From Chthoniobacteraceae bacterium (GTDB lineage Bacteria; Verrucomicrobiota; Verrucomicrobiia; Chthoniobacterales; Chthoniobacteraceae), in contig JBEBGD010000030.1 in assembly GCA_040081625.1 (NCBI GenBank), positions 1 to 53,171 of the forward strand: 53,171 nucleotides of DNA. Reading direction: 5' to 3'. The translations under genes and the position numbers were made by a program. How positions within the stretch are numbered: position 1 is the stretch's first letter; the number at the start of each line of letters is the position of its first letter. Shown here in pieces: positions 35,430 to 44,700 of the stretch. The notes below the pieces were generated by a model. The model saw only the letters and a list, made by a program, of their open reading frames with translations. It was not told the DNA's origin and made no database searches.

Positions 35430-37301
35430 ATGAATCCTTCGTCTTCGGGCGACGCGCGCACAAATCGCCGTCGCCTGCTCACTCTCACGCTCGCCGCGCT
35501 CGGAATCGTCTATGGCGACATCGGCACGAGTCCGCTCTACGCGATGCGCGAGTGCTTTCACGGCCCGCACGCGATCGCGGCCAGCCCGGCCAACATTCTC
35601 GGCATCCTGTCGCTCATTTTCTGGGCGCTCGTCATCGTGATCTCGGTGAAGTATCTGGTCTTCATCCTGCGCGCGGACAATCGCGGCGAAGGCGGCATCC
35701 TCGCCCTCTCCGCGCTCGTCGCGCAGGTGAAGTCGAGCACCGTTCTCGTCGTGCTCGGGGTCTTTGGGGCGGCGTTGCTTTACTCCGACGGCATGATCAC
35801 GCCGGCGATCACCGTGCTCAGCGCCGTCGAGGGTCTCGAGGTCGCGATGCCCGGGCTCGAGGCCTTCATCGAGCCGATCGCGATCGTGATTCTCATCGGC
35901 ATCTTCCTCGTGCAGAGCCGGGGCTCGGCGAAAATCGGCGCGCTCTTCGGGCCGGTCATGCTCGTGTGGTTCGGTGCGATCGCCGCGCTCGGAGTCATGC
36001 AGATTGCGCGTGAACCGGGTGTGTTCGCCGCGCTCAGCCCGCTGAATGCGGCGGATTTTTTTGCGCGCAACGGCTGGCACGGCTTCATCATCCTCGGCGC
36101 GGTATTTCTCGTCGTCACCGGCGGCGAAGCGCTTTACGCCGACATCGGCCACTTCGGAGTGCGCCCGATCCGGCTCGGCTGGTTCGTCGTGGCGCTGCCG
36201 GGGCTCATGCTGAACTACCTCGGCCAGGGCGCGCTGCTGCTACGCGATCCCGCCGCCGCGGCGAATCCGTTCTACGAGATGGCGCCCGCTTGGGCGCTTT
36301 ACCCGCTCATCGTTCTCGCGACCGCCGCCGCCATCATCGCCTCGCAGGCGCTCATCACCGGCGCCTTCTCGCTCACGATGCAGGCGGTGCAGCTCGGCTT
36401 CAGTCCGCGCCTCACGATCCGGCACACGTCCGCCGACGCAAAGGGGCAGATCTACCTGCCGATCGTGAACTGGGTGCTCCTGTTCTCATGCATCGGCTTG
36501 GTGCTCGGCTTCAAATCCTCGAGCGGTCTCGCCGCCGCATACGGCGTCTCGATCACCAGCACGATGCTCATCACCACGGTCCTGTTCTACGTCGTCGCGC
36601 GCTGGCAGTGGCGGTGGAATCCGTGGGTGGTCGGGCTGCTCACGTCGCTCTTCCTCGTCGTCGATCTCGCCTTCCTCGTTTCAAACTTCGCGAAAATCCT
36701 GCACGGCGGCTGGTTCCCACTCGTTGTCGCCGGCGTCGTTTTCACGCTCATGTGGACGTGGCGCACCGGTCGCGCCGCGCTCGGCGAGCGGATCACGGCG
36801 AAGGCGCTGCCGCTCGGAGAATTCCTGCGCGACGTAGTCGAAAGGCCGCCCGTGCGCGTCGCGGGCACGGCGTTCTTCATGTCGGGGAATCCGGGCATCA
36901 CTCCCGTCGCGCTCCTCCACAATCTGCGGCACAACAAAGTGCTCCATGAACGCATCGTGATCCTGAATGTTCGCATCGACGATATTCCTCATGTCTCCGA
37001 CACGGATCGGCTCAGCATCGACTGCCTCGCGCTCGGCTTCTGGCGCATCTCGCTGCGCTTTGGCTTCATGGATGAACCGAATGTGCCGCGTGAACTCGAT
37101 CGCATCGCCTGCGAGGATTTCGCATTCGACGCGGCGCAGAGCAGCTTCTTCCTCGGTCGCGAATCCATCATCGCCGCGCACCGCACTCCGTGGCGCCGGG
37201 CGCTCTTTGCGTGGATGACTCGTTTCTCCCGCGACGCGACATCATTCTTCCGGCTGCCACCCGGCTCCGTCGTCGAACTCGGCGCGCAGGTGGAGATCTG
37301 A
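35430..37301 (+). CDS. kup: KUP/HAK/KT potassium transporter
   Basis: LGIVYGDIGTSPLYA, ADNRGEGGILAL, DGMITPAITVLSAVEG, TGGEALYADIGHFG, GQIYLP.VNW, HNKVLHE, ELGAQVEI. Confidence 0.97.
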   Translation: MNPSSSGDARTNRRRLLTLTLAALGIVYGDIGTSPLYAMRECFHGPHAIAASPANILGILSLIFWALVIVISVKYLVFILRADNRGEGGILALSALVAQVKSSTVLVVLGVFGAALLYSDGMITPAITVLSAVEGLEVAMPGLEAFIEPIAIVILIGIFLVQSRGSAKIGALFGPVMLVWFGAIAALGVMQIAREPGVFAALSPLNAADFFARNGWHGFIILGAVFLVVTGGEALYADIGHFGVRPIRLGWFVVALPGLMLNYLGQGALLLRDPAAAANPFYEMAPAWALYPLIVLATAAAIIASQALITGAFSLTMQAVQLGFSPRLTIRHTSADAKGQIYLPIVNWVLLFSCIGLVLGFKSSSGLAAAYGVSITSTMLITTVLFYVVARWQWRWNPWVVGLLTSLFLVVDLAFLVSNFAKILHGGWFPLVVAGVVFTLMWTWRTGRAALGERITAKALPLGEFLRDVVERPPVRVAGTAFFMSGNPGITPVALLHNLRHNKVLHERIVILNVRIDDIPHVSDTDRLSIDCLALGFWRISLRFGFMDEPNVPRELDRIACEDFAFDAAQSSFFLGRESIIAAHRTPWRRALFAWMTRFSRDATSFFRLPPGSVVELGAQVEI

Positions 37302-37372
37302 ATGCACCGCGCGATGAGCCTCCAGCCTAGACCTGCGCGCACCGCTCGCCTTCCATCGGTGCCGACTCACCA

Positions 37373-37966
37373 ATGAACCAACCCGGATTTCTTCTCGTCA
37401 TCGAAGGCATCGACGGCGCGGGCAAGTCCACGCTCCAGCACCGGCTGGCCGCGTGGTGCCGCGAACGCGGGCGGACGGTGACGACGAGCCGCGAGCCGAC
37501 CGACGGCCCGCACGGGCGCGCGCTGCGCGAGTCGGCGAAAAATGGACGGCTCGCCGCCGAGGCCGAGCTGGAGTTGTTTTTGAAAGACCGCCGCGAGCAT
37601 GTGGCGACCCTCATCGCACCGGCGCTCGCGCGCGGCGAAGTGGTGATGCTGGATCGCTACTATTTCTCCACCGCGGCGTATCAGGGCGCGCGCGGGCTCG
37701 ATCCGGCGGCGATCATCGCCACGAACGAACGCTTCGCGCCGATTCCCGACTTCGTGCTGCTGCTCGATCTCGATCCCACCGCCGGCCATGCGCGAATCGG
37801 CACGCGCGGCGGTGCGCCGGACGATTTCGAGGGCGCGGCGTATCTCGCGGAGGTGCGGCGCAACTTCCTCGCGCTCGACCGGCCATTCATCCACCGCATC
37901 GACGCGGCGCGACCGGCTGACGAGGTTTTCCGCGCCGCGATCGCGCTGCTCGATTCCGCACTCTGA
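37373..37966 (+). CDS. tmk: Thymidylate kinase
   Basis: IEGIDGAGKST, REPT, DRREHV, LDRYYFSTAAYQG, PDFVLLLD. Confidence 0.93.
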   Translation: MNQPGFLLVIEGIDGAGKSTLQHRLAAWCRERGRTVTTSREPTDGPHGRALRESAKNGRLAAEAELELFLKDRREHVATLIAPALARGEVVMLDRYYFSTAAYQGARGLDPAAIIATNERFAPIPDFVLLLDLDPTAGHARIGTRGGAPDDFEGAAYLAEVRRNFLALDRPFIHRIDAARPADEVFRAAIALLDSAL

Positions 37967-37969
37967 CCG

Positions 37970-38542
37970 ATGCTGCTCTGGCGCGAGAAGATTCCCGACT
38001 CGTGGCTGCCGAAGGTGCGCGCGAACCTGCCCGCGGTGCTCATCGACCACGCACACCTCGAGCGGAAGGCGGCGACCGCGGCGCTGAACCTCGAGAAGTA
38101 TGTCGAGCTTCACGACCGCGTGAGCGAACTGAATGCGATCGCGATCGAGGAGCTTCAGCACTTCGAGATCGTGCTGCGGCTGCTGCGCGAGCGCGGCATC
38201 GCCTTCACCGGGCCGGTGAAAAGTCCGTGGATCAGCGCAATGATGGGGCAGGTGCAGAAGGGCCGGAAGCAGCAGGTGATCGATCATCTCGTCGTGTGCG
38301 CGCTCATCGAGGGGCGGTCGTGCGAGAAGTTCCAGATCCTCGCCGGTGGCGTGCGCGATCTCGACCCGGGGCTCGCGGACTTCTATGCGAGCCTCGTCGA
38401 GAGCGAGGGCAACCACTACGCGACCTATCTAATCATGGCGCGGCACATCGATCTCGAGGAGACGGAGCGGCGGCTGGACTACTTCCTCGATCTCGATGCG
38501 CAGCTCATCCGCGAGCCGCATCCGCTGCCGATGCTGCACTGA
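37970..38542 (+). CDS. miaE: tRNA-(ms2io6A37) hydroxylase
   Basis: LIDHAHLERKAA, EELQHF, ALIEGRSCEKF, FYASL.ESE.NHY, C-terminal MLH. Ferritin-like diiron motifs. Confidence 0.88.
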   Translation: MLLWREKIPDSWLPKVRANLPAVLIDHAHLERKAATAALNLEKYVELHDRVSELNAIAIEELQHFEIVLRLLRERGIAFTGPVKSPWISAMMGQVQKGRKQQVIDHLVVCALIEGRSCEKFQILAGGVRDLDPGLADFYASLVESEGNHYATYLIMARHIDLEETERRLDYFLDLDAQLIREPHPLPMLH

Positions 38543-38546
38543 CCGC

Positions 38547-38615
38547 TGCTTCTCCTTCTCCATCTACTTCTGCTTCCGGAGGCGATGAAGATGAAGATGA
38601 AGAAGCGGAAGGAGA
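38547..38615. repeat. Hexamer-period pyrimidine/purine inverted low-complexity element
   Basis: GCTTCT CCTTCT CCATCT ACTTCT GCTTCC followed by GGAGGC (GATGAA)3 GAAGCG GAAGGAGA. Lies after the miaE stop. Confidence 0.65.
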
Positions 38616-38683
38616 TTTCTCCACGCCCGTGCTCGACACGGGTCGCTGGAGACGTAGCGTGCAAGCACCTTCCCACACACCCC

Positions 38684-39310
38684 ATGAAACGATCCTCCGC
38701 GTTCACCCTGGTCGAGTTGCTCGTCGTCATCGCCATCATCGCGCTGCTCGCCACCCTCATCATCGCTGCGGCTGGACCCGCGATCGAGAAGGGGCGCGCG
38801 GTGCAATGCCTCAACAATCTGAGGGAGCTGGGCAAGGGCGTCGTGCTTTTCGTCAACGAGAACAGCGACGACTTTTTCAGCAAGTCCGGCAACAAGAGCT
38901 GGCCGGTGACGCTGAAGGAGAAATACGGCATCGCGTGGAAGACCTTTCAATCGCCTTTCGACAAGCGCTCGAAGGCGGAGTCGGATACGTCGGCGCCGGT
39001 CAGCTACGGCATGAACAACCGCTGCTTTGACACGAACACCGTCTCCCACTGGGTGTCTTCCGCAGATCTGATCATCGCCGCGCCGAAAATGGACGGCGGG
39101 ACGGAGGTGAAGTTTTCCGGGATCGGAAACACGGACGTGATTCTGAACGGGCCGGGCGGTTCACCCGGCGCGAAACTTGGGACGCATCAGGGGCGCTCGA
39201 TGGTCAATGCGCTGTTTGGTGATGCTCACGCCGCAACGATGACATGGCGCGAATTCGCGACGACCACCGGCGATGCCGGCCAGCGGCGCTGGGATCCGAA
39301 GGCGAACTAA
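38684..39310 (+). CDS. Prepilin-type N-terminal cleavage/methylation protein (PVC H-X9-DG type)
   Basis: MKRSSA-FTLVELLVVIAIIALLA, C.NNLR, SYGMN, C-terminal HQGRSMVNALFGDAH. Start at 38684. Confidence 0.88.
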   Translation: MKRSSAFTLVELLVVIAIIALLATLIIAAAGPAIEKGRAVQCLNNLRELGKGVVLFVNENSDDFFSKSGNKSWPVTLKEKYGIAWKTFQSPFDKRSKAESDTSAPVSYGMNNRCFDTNTVSHWVSSADLIIAAPKMDGGTEVKFSGIGNTDVILNGPGGSPGAKLGTHQGRSMVNALFGDAHAATMTWREFATTTGDAGQRRWDPKAN

Positions 39311-39882
39311 TCCGCGAACCGGCACGGCAGTTCGGTCGCCTCCGCGAGCTGTTCGAGGTAAGTCGCGCGTGGAATCTCGCAGGTGCCGAAGTTCAGGAGG
39401 TGGGGCGTCGTCCATTGCGTGTCGAGCAGTGCAAAGCCCCGCGCTCGCAGTCGCTCGACCAGCGCGTGCAGCGCGACCTTCGAGGCGTCGGTGATGGTGT
39501 GAAACATCGACTCGCCGAAGAATGCGCCGCCGACGGACACGCCATAGAGACCGCCGGCCAGCTCACCATCGAGCCACGCCTCGACTGAATGCGCGTGTCC
39601 GAGTCGGTGAAGAGTCACGTAGCTGGAGATGATCTCGCCGTTGATCCACGTGTCGCGCCGCCGCGAGCAGTGGCGGATGACGCGCTCGAATGCGGTGTCG
39701 ATGCGAATCTCGAAAAGCCCGCGCTTGAGCGTGCGCCGCAGCCCGTGAGGCACGTGGAAACGCTCGTCGAGCGGGATGATCGCGCGGGGGTCCGGAGAGA
39801 ACCACGCGATCTCCCCGCCTTCGACTGCCATGGGGAAGACCCCGTTGCGATAGGCGTGGAGCAACAGCTCGGCGGAAATCAC
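39307..39882 (-). CDS. aat: Leucyl/phenylalanyl-tRNA--protein transferase
   Basis: LL.AY.NGVFPM, WFSPDPRA, HSVEAW....LAGGLYGV..GGAFFGESMF....DASKVAL, LLDTQ..T.HL. GTG start at 39882. Confidence 0.95.
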   Translation of the reverse strand: MISAELLLHAYRNGVFPMAVEGGEIAWFSPDPRAIIPLDERFHVPHGLRRTLKRGLFEIRIDTAFERVIRHCSRRRDTWINGEIISSYVTLHRLGHAHSVEAWLDGELAGGLYGVSVGGAFFGESMFHTITDASKVALHALVERLRARGFALLDTQWTTPHLLNFGTCEIPRATYLEQLAEATELPCRFAD

Positions 39883-39979
39883 GCGCCGACTCTCGCGGGC
39901 GTGGCGGCGGCTGACGAGTGAATTTCGCGCCCGCGCACTCGACACCCGGCGCGCGGCGCACTACCTACGCCGCCTTTCC

Positions 39980-40162
39980 ATGAAAGCCCTGCTCCTTCTC
40001 CTGATCATCAGCGCCGCGCTCCTCGCCGGCTGCGAGAGCGACATGCCGCCGGTGCAAAACCGCGAGAACCCCATCCAGCGCGGACTGCGCGGCGAGGGCA
40101 CGCTCAAGCCGCTCGACTACAGCGACGATCCCTTCGTGCGCGACGCGGGCCGCGGCAATTGA
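39980..40162 (+). CDS. Small lipoprotein (60 aa)
   Basis: [18 protein letters not shown] lipobox. Directly upstream of guaA. Confidence 0.7.
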   Translation: MKALLLLLIISAALLAGCESDMPPVQNRENPIQRGLRGEGTLKPLDYSDDPFVRDAGRGN

Positions 40163-40164
40163 TC

Positions 40165-41724
40165 ATGGTCCATTCCCGCATCGTCATCCTCGATTTCGGT
40201 TCGCAATACACGCAGGTCATCGCGCGCCGTGTGCGCGAGTGCCAGGTCTATTCGCAGATCGTCCCGTATCACACCTCCGCGAAGGAGATCGCGAAGCTCA
40301 ACCCGCGCGGGATCATCCTCAGCGGCGGGCCGTCGTCGGTGTATGCGAAGGACGCGCCGCATCCCGATCGCGCGCTCTTCGAGCTCGGCGTGCCGGTGCT
40401 CGGCATCTGCTATGGCGTGCAGCTCATGGCGCACTTTCTCGGCGGGAAGGTCGAGCACAGCACTCATCGCGAATACGGGCCGGGGCAGCTCCATGTGAAA
40501 GCGAACGCGTGCCCACTCTTCGAGGGGCTCGGCACGTCGATCGACATCTGGAATTCGCACGGCGACAAGGTCACGAAAATGCCGCGCGGCTTCCGCTCCG
40601 TCGGCACCACCGACAACGCGCCCTACGCCGCGATCGAGCAGCCGAAGAAGAAATTCTACGGTCTCCAGTTTCATCCCGAGGTTGTCCACACACCGCGCGG
40701 CAAGGAGATCGTCGCGAACTTCGTCTATGGCATCTGCGGCTGCGGCATGGACTGGACGATGGGCAGCTTCATCGAAGAGACGTGCGCGAAGATCCGCGCG
40801 CAGGTCGGCGGCGACCACGTCATCCTCGGGCTCAGTGGCGGCGTCGATTCGAGCGTCGCCGCGGCGCTGCTGCAAAAGGCGATCGGCGACCAGCTCACGT
40901 GCGTCTTCGTGAACAACGGCCTGCTCCGCGCGAACGAAGCCGAGGCCGTGCAGCGCCTCTTCCGCGACAACTTCCACATCCGGCTCAAGTATGTCGATGC
41001 GAGCGCGCAGTTCCTCCGCGAGCTGCGCCGCGTCACCGAACCCGAGCGCAAGCGCAAGATCATCGGCCGCGAGTTCATCAAGGTGTTCGACGATTCCGTC
41101 GTCAGCCTCTCGCGCGGCGGAAAGTCCAAATACAAGTGGCTCGCGCAAGGCACGCTCTACCCCGACGTGATCGAGAGCGTCGCCATCGGCGGCAATCCCG
41201 CGGCATTGATCAAGAGCCATCACAACGTCGGCGGGCTTCCGAAGAAGATGAAGCTCAAGCTGGTCGAGCCGTTGCGCGAGCTCTTCAAGGACGAGGTCCG
41301 CGAAGTCGGCACGCAGCTCGGCCTGCCGCGCGAAGTCACCGGCCGCCAGCCCTTCCCCGGCCCCGGCCTCGCCGTGCGAATCCTCGGTGACATCACCGCC
41401 GACCGGCTGCGCATCCTGCGCGAAGCGGACACGATCGTGGTGAGCGAGATGAAGGCGAGCGACTGGTATTACAAAGTCTGGCAGAGCTTCGCCGTGCTGC
41501 TGCCCGTGCGCAGCGTGGGCGTGATGGGCGACGAACGCACCTACGCGCAGACGATCGCCGTGCGGATCGTCGAGAGCCAGGACGGGATGACGGCCGACTG
41601 GGTGCGGATGCCCTACGAAGTGCTCGCGCGGATCAGCGCGCGGATCATCAACGAAGTCAAAGGCGTCAACCGCGTCTGCTACGACATCAGCAGCAAACCG
41701 CCGGCGACGATCGAGTGGGAGTAG
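40165..41724 (+). CDS. guaA: GMP synthase (glutamine-hydrolysing)
   Basis: [65 protein letters not shown]. Confidence 0.98.
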   Translation: MVHSRIVILDFGSQYTQVIARRVRECQVYSQIVPYHTSAKEIAKLNPRGIILSGGPSSVYAKDAPHPDRALFELGVPVLGICYGVQLMAHFLGGKVEHSTHREYGPGQLHVKANACPLFEGLGTSIDIWNSHGDKVTKMPRGFRSVGTTDNAPYAAIEQPKKKFYGLQFHPEVVHTPRGKEIVANFVYGICGCGMDWTMGSFIEETCAKIRAQVGGDHVILGLSGGVDSSVAAALLQKAIGDQLTCVFVNNGLLRANEAEAVQRLFRDNFHIRLKYVDASAQFLRELRRVTEPERKRKIIGREFIKVFDDSVVSLSRGGKSKYKWLAQGTLYPDVIESVAIGGNPAALIKSHHNVGGLPKKMKLKLVEPLRELFKDEVREVGTQLGLPREVTGRQPFPGPGLAVRILGDITADRLRILREADTIVVSEMKASDWYYKVWQSFAVLLPVRSVGVMGDERTYAQTIAVRIVESQDGMTADWVRMPYEVLARISARIINEVKGVNRVCYDISSKPPATIEWE

Positions 41725-41767
41725 TCGATGGGTGCCGCGATCTCGCGGTGGTCGGTGCGCGTTGCGC

Positions 41768-44700
41768 TTAGACCGTCGGGGTGCGGATGGCGACGTTCAC
41801 GTTGCTCGTGAGGCGGTTGGTCACCACGACATCGGGCGCGCCGTCGCCGTTGAAGTCGCCCACGGCGATCGCACTCGAGAGGCGCGCGGCGATGGCGCCG
41901 GCGGGGACGGTCGCGAGCGCGAAGCGGACCAGCGGCTGGAGTAGCCCGGTGCCCGTGCCGAGTGCGATGCGCAGCGAGGCGCCGCTGTCGGAGCCGAAGG
42001 CAAGGTCGGCATTGCCGTCGCCGTCGAAGTCCCCGACCACGAGCGTCTGCGAGGCGCGGATGGCCACGGCGAAGCTGGTCTGCAACTGCGCCTCGAACAA
42101 TCCGCTGCCCGCATTTCCGCGCCCGAGCAGGATGCTCACAAACTGCGTGACCTTGTGATTGACCACGATGTCGAGGATGCCGTCGTTGTTGAAGTCGGCG
42201 ATCGCCATCACGGTCGGGTCGCGGCCGACTTTGTATTGGGTCGCCAGCTTGGTGAAGGAGCCGAGTCCGTCGCCCGCGAGGATCGCGAGGCTGCTGGTCT
42301 TGGGCAGCACCACTGCGAGGTCGAGGTGCCCGGGCGCGTCGCCGTCGAAGTTACCGATGGCGAAGTCCGTCGCGGGAGTCGGGACGCCTGCCGTCTTGAT
42401 CCGCGCCGCCGGGCCGAAGCTGGCGATGCCCGCGGCACCGGCGCCGGTGTTTAGCAGCACGCTCACTACTGCGCTGGTCTTGCTCAGCGCGGCGATGTCG
42501 AGGAAGCCGTCGCCGTTGAAGTCGCCCATCTTGAGCACGCTCGGGTTCGCCGCAGTCTTGAAGGTCGTCGCCGTGCCGAAGTTGCCCGCGCCGTCGTTGA
42601 GCAGCACCGCGACGGTGTTCGATTTGCCGTTGGTGACGATGATGTCGAGGCCGCCGGCGTCCACATTCGCGAGCGCGACCGACCTCGGCGCGAGGCCGCC
42701 AGTCTTGAAGCTCACCGCGGGATTGAAGGTCCCATTCCCGCGCGAGAGCAGCACGGTCACGGTGCGATCGCCGGCGTTGACGGTGACGATGTCATCGAAG
42801 CCGTCGCCATTCACGTCGCCGGTCACGACTTCGGTGGGTGTCTTGCCGACTTTGTAGCTGACCGAGGCCGTGAACGCCGTGCCCGCGTTCGCGCCGGTGA
42901 AGCCGCCGTTGGACGATGAGTTCACCGTATCGACCTGCTCGATGTCGGAGAAGAGGATGTCGCCAAAGCCCGGCGTGTGAGCGGTGCCGGTGTTGTTGTT
43001 GAGCTTGTCGATCGTCACGAACTGCCCGCGCCCATCGACGATGAGCTTGTCGCCGGGCGGGATCGGCGCGCCGGGCAGGCCGGGCTGCACCGAGGGTGCC
43101 TGGCCGTCGATCACCCGCGCAAAGCTGCGCGCCGCGGCGAAGACCACGTCGTTGAACGCGCTGCCGGTGAAGTTTTCCATCCCGTCGCCGAGAGTGAGTG
43201 CGACGCCGCTCGCGTTGAGGAATTGAGTGCTGCCAGCCGCGTCGAGGTCGATCGAGACGCCGAGTGTCGCGGCGGAGAAGTCGAGCGTGTCGCTGCCATC
43301 GCCGCCGGTGATCTTGAGTTGGCCGGTGAAGGCGCCGACGTTGAATAGGTTCGCCCCGGCACCGCCGGTGATCTCGACGCGCTCGAAGCTCGTCAGCGTC
43401 TCGGTGCCCTCCGCGCCGATGGTCAGCGCCGTGTTCGTGAGCGTGAAGTTTGCATCGCGCGTCTCGCGCAGCGTGTCGGTGCCGGTGCCGCCGTTGAGCA
43501 CGTCGAGGCCGAGCCCGCCGATGACGATATCGTTGCCGTCCGAACCGTTGATCGTGTCGTTGCCGTCGCCACCGTCGAGCAGGTCATCGCCGGCTCCACC
43601 TTCGAGCCGGTCATTGCCCGCCTCGCCGAAGAGCTGGTCGTCGCCCGTGCCGCTGGTCAGCGTGTCATTGCCCGCGCCGCCGCGGATGATGTCGTTGCCT
43701 TTCGTCGCGCCGACCGCGAGGCCGAGCAGCGTCGCACCGCCGCCGAAGTTTCCGACGAGCGTCGCGCGCCCATTGAACAGGTCGATCGTGTAGAGGCCGG
43801 AGACTCCGGCGACGCTCAGCGCCGCGAGCGCAGTGCCGGTGCCGGGCACGATGTCGAAGCCGAGCACCGCGTCCGCATCCACGCCGAGCGCGCCGACGAG
43901 CACGCCGGTGCCGTTGTTCGGCGGATTCTGGATGAAGAGCTGATCGGTCGTCGCGTCGATCGTGTAGAGCGTCGTCGTCGTCGTGCCGGCGAAGCTGTTC
44001 GCGTAAGCCGCGCCGACGATGCTCGTGCTGCCGCCGTTGAGGTCGCCGTCGGTCGTGACCAGGCCCGTATCGACATTGATGCGCAGGTTCTGCCCCGCAT
44101 CGCTCACGACGCGCAGGCGGTCGGGCACGGGGTTGAAGTCCACGCCGAAGTTGGTGCCGACGAGTGTCGTGTAAGGCGAGGTCGCGTCCGCGGGATCGGC
44201 GGCGAGCGTCGAGGCGAGCGTCGCCGCGCCGGTGAGCGGATCGATCGTGTAGAGCCGGCCGACGCCGCCGGAAGTGCCGAGCGCGTAGAGCGCGCCGGTC
44301 GCCGGACGCACGTCGATGCCCACGAGCACGTCGCCGCCTTGCAACCCGGTGATCGCGACCGTGGATACGATCGTGTCGGGCGCCTCGGGGAGGAAGCGCA
44401 CGAGCTGGTTCGCGGCCGTGAGTCCGAAGAGAAACTCCACGCCGCCGTCGCCGAGCAGGATGTCGTTGCCGGTCCCGCCGTTGAGCACGTCGTTGCCTTC
44501 GCCGCCGGCGAGGATGCCATTGCCGCTGAGCACGTCGTCGCCCGCGCCGCCGTCGAGGATGATGCTCACGAGGCTCTCGACGCCCGGCTGCGCGGTGAGC
44601 GTGTCATTCCCGCCGGCGCCCGCGATCGTGAGCGTGTCTGCGGTCGTCGTCTCATACACGCGCACCTCGGAACGGAATCCGAGCACTTCGACGTAGGAGC

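Noticed and set aside
38585..38683. MKMKMKK N-terminal extension of the prepilin
   Set aside because: It derives from the (GATGAA)n repeat. A class III signal peptide needs only the short MKRSSA leader from 38684.
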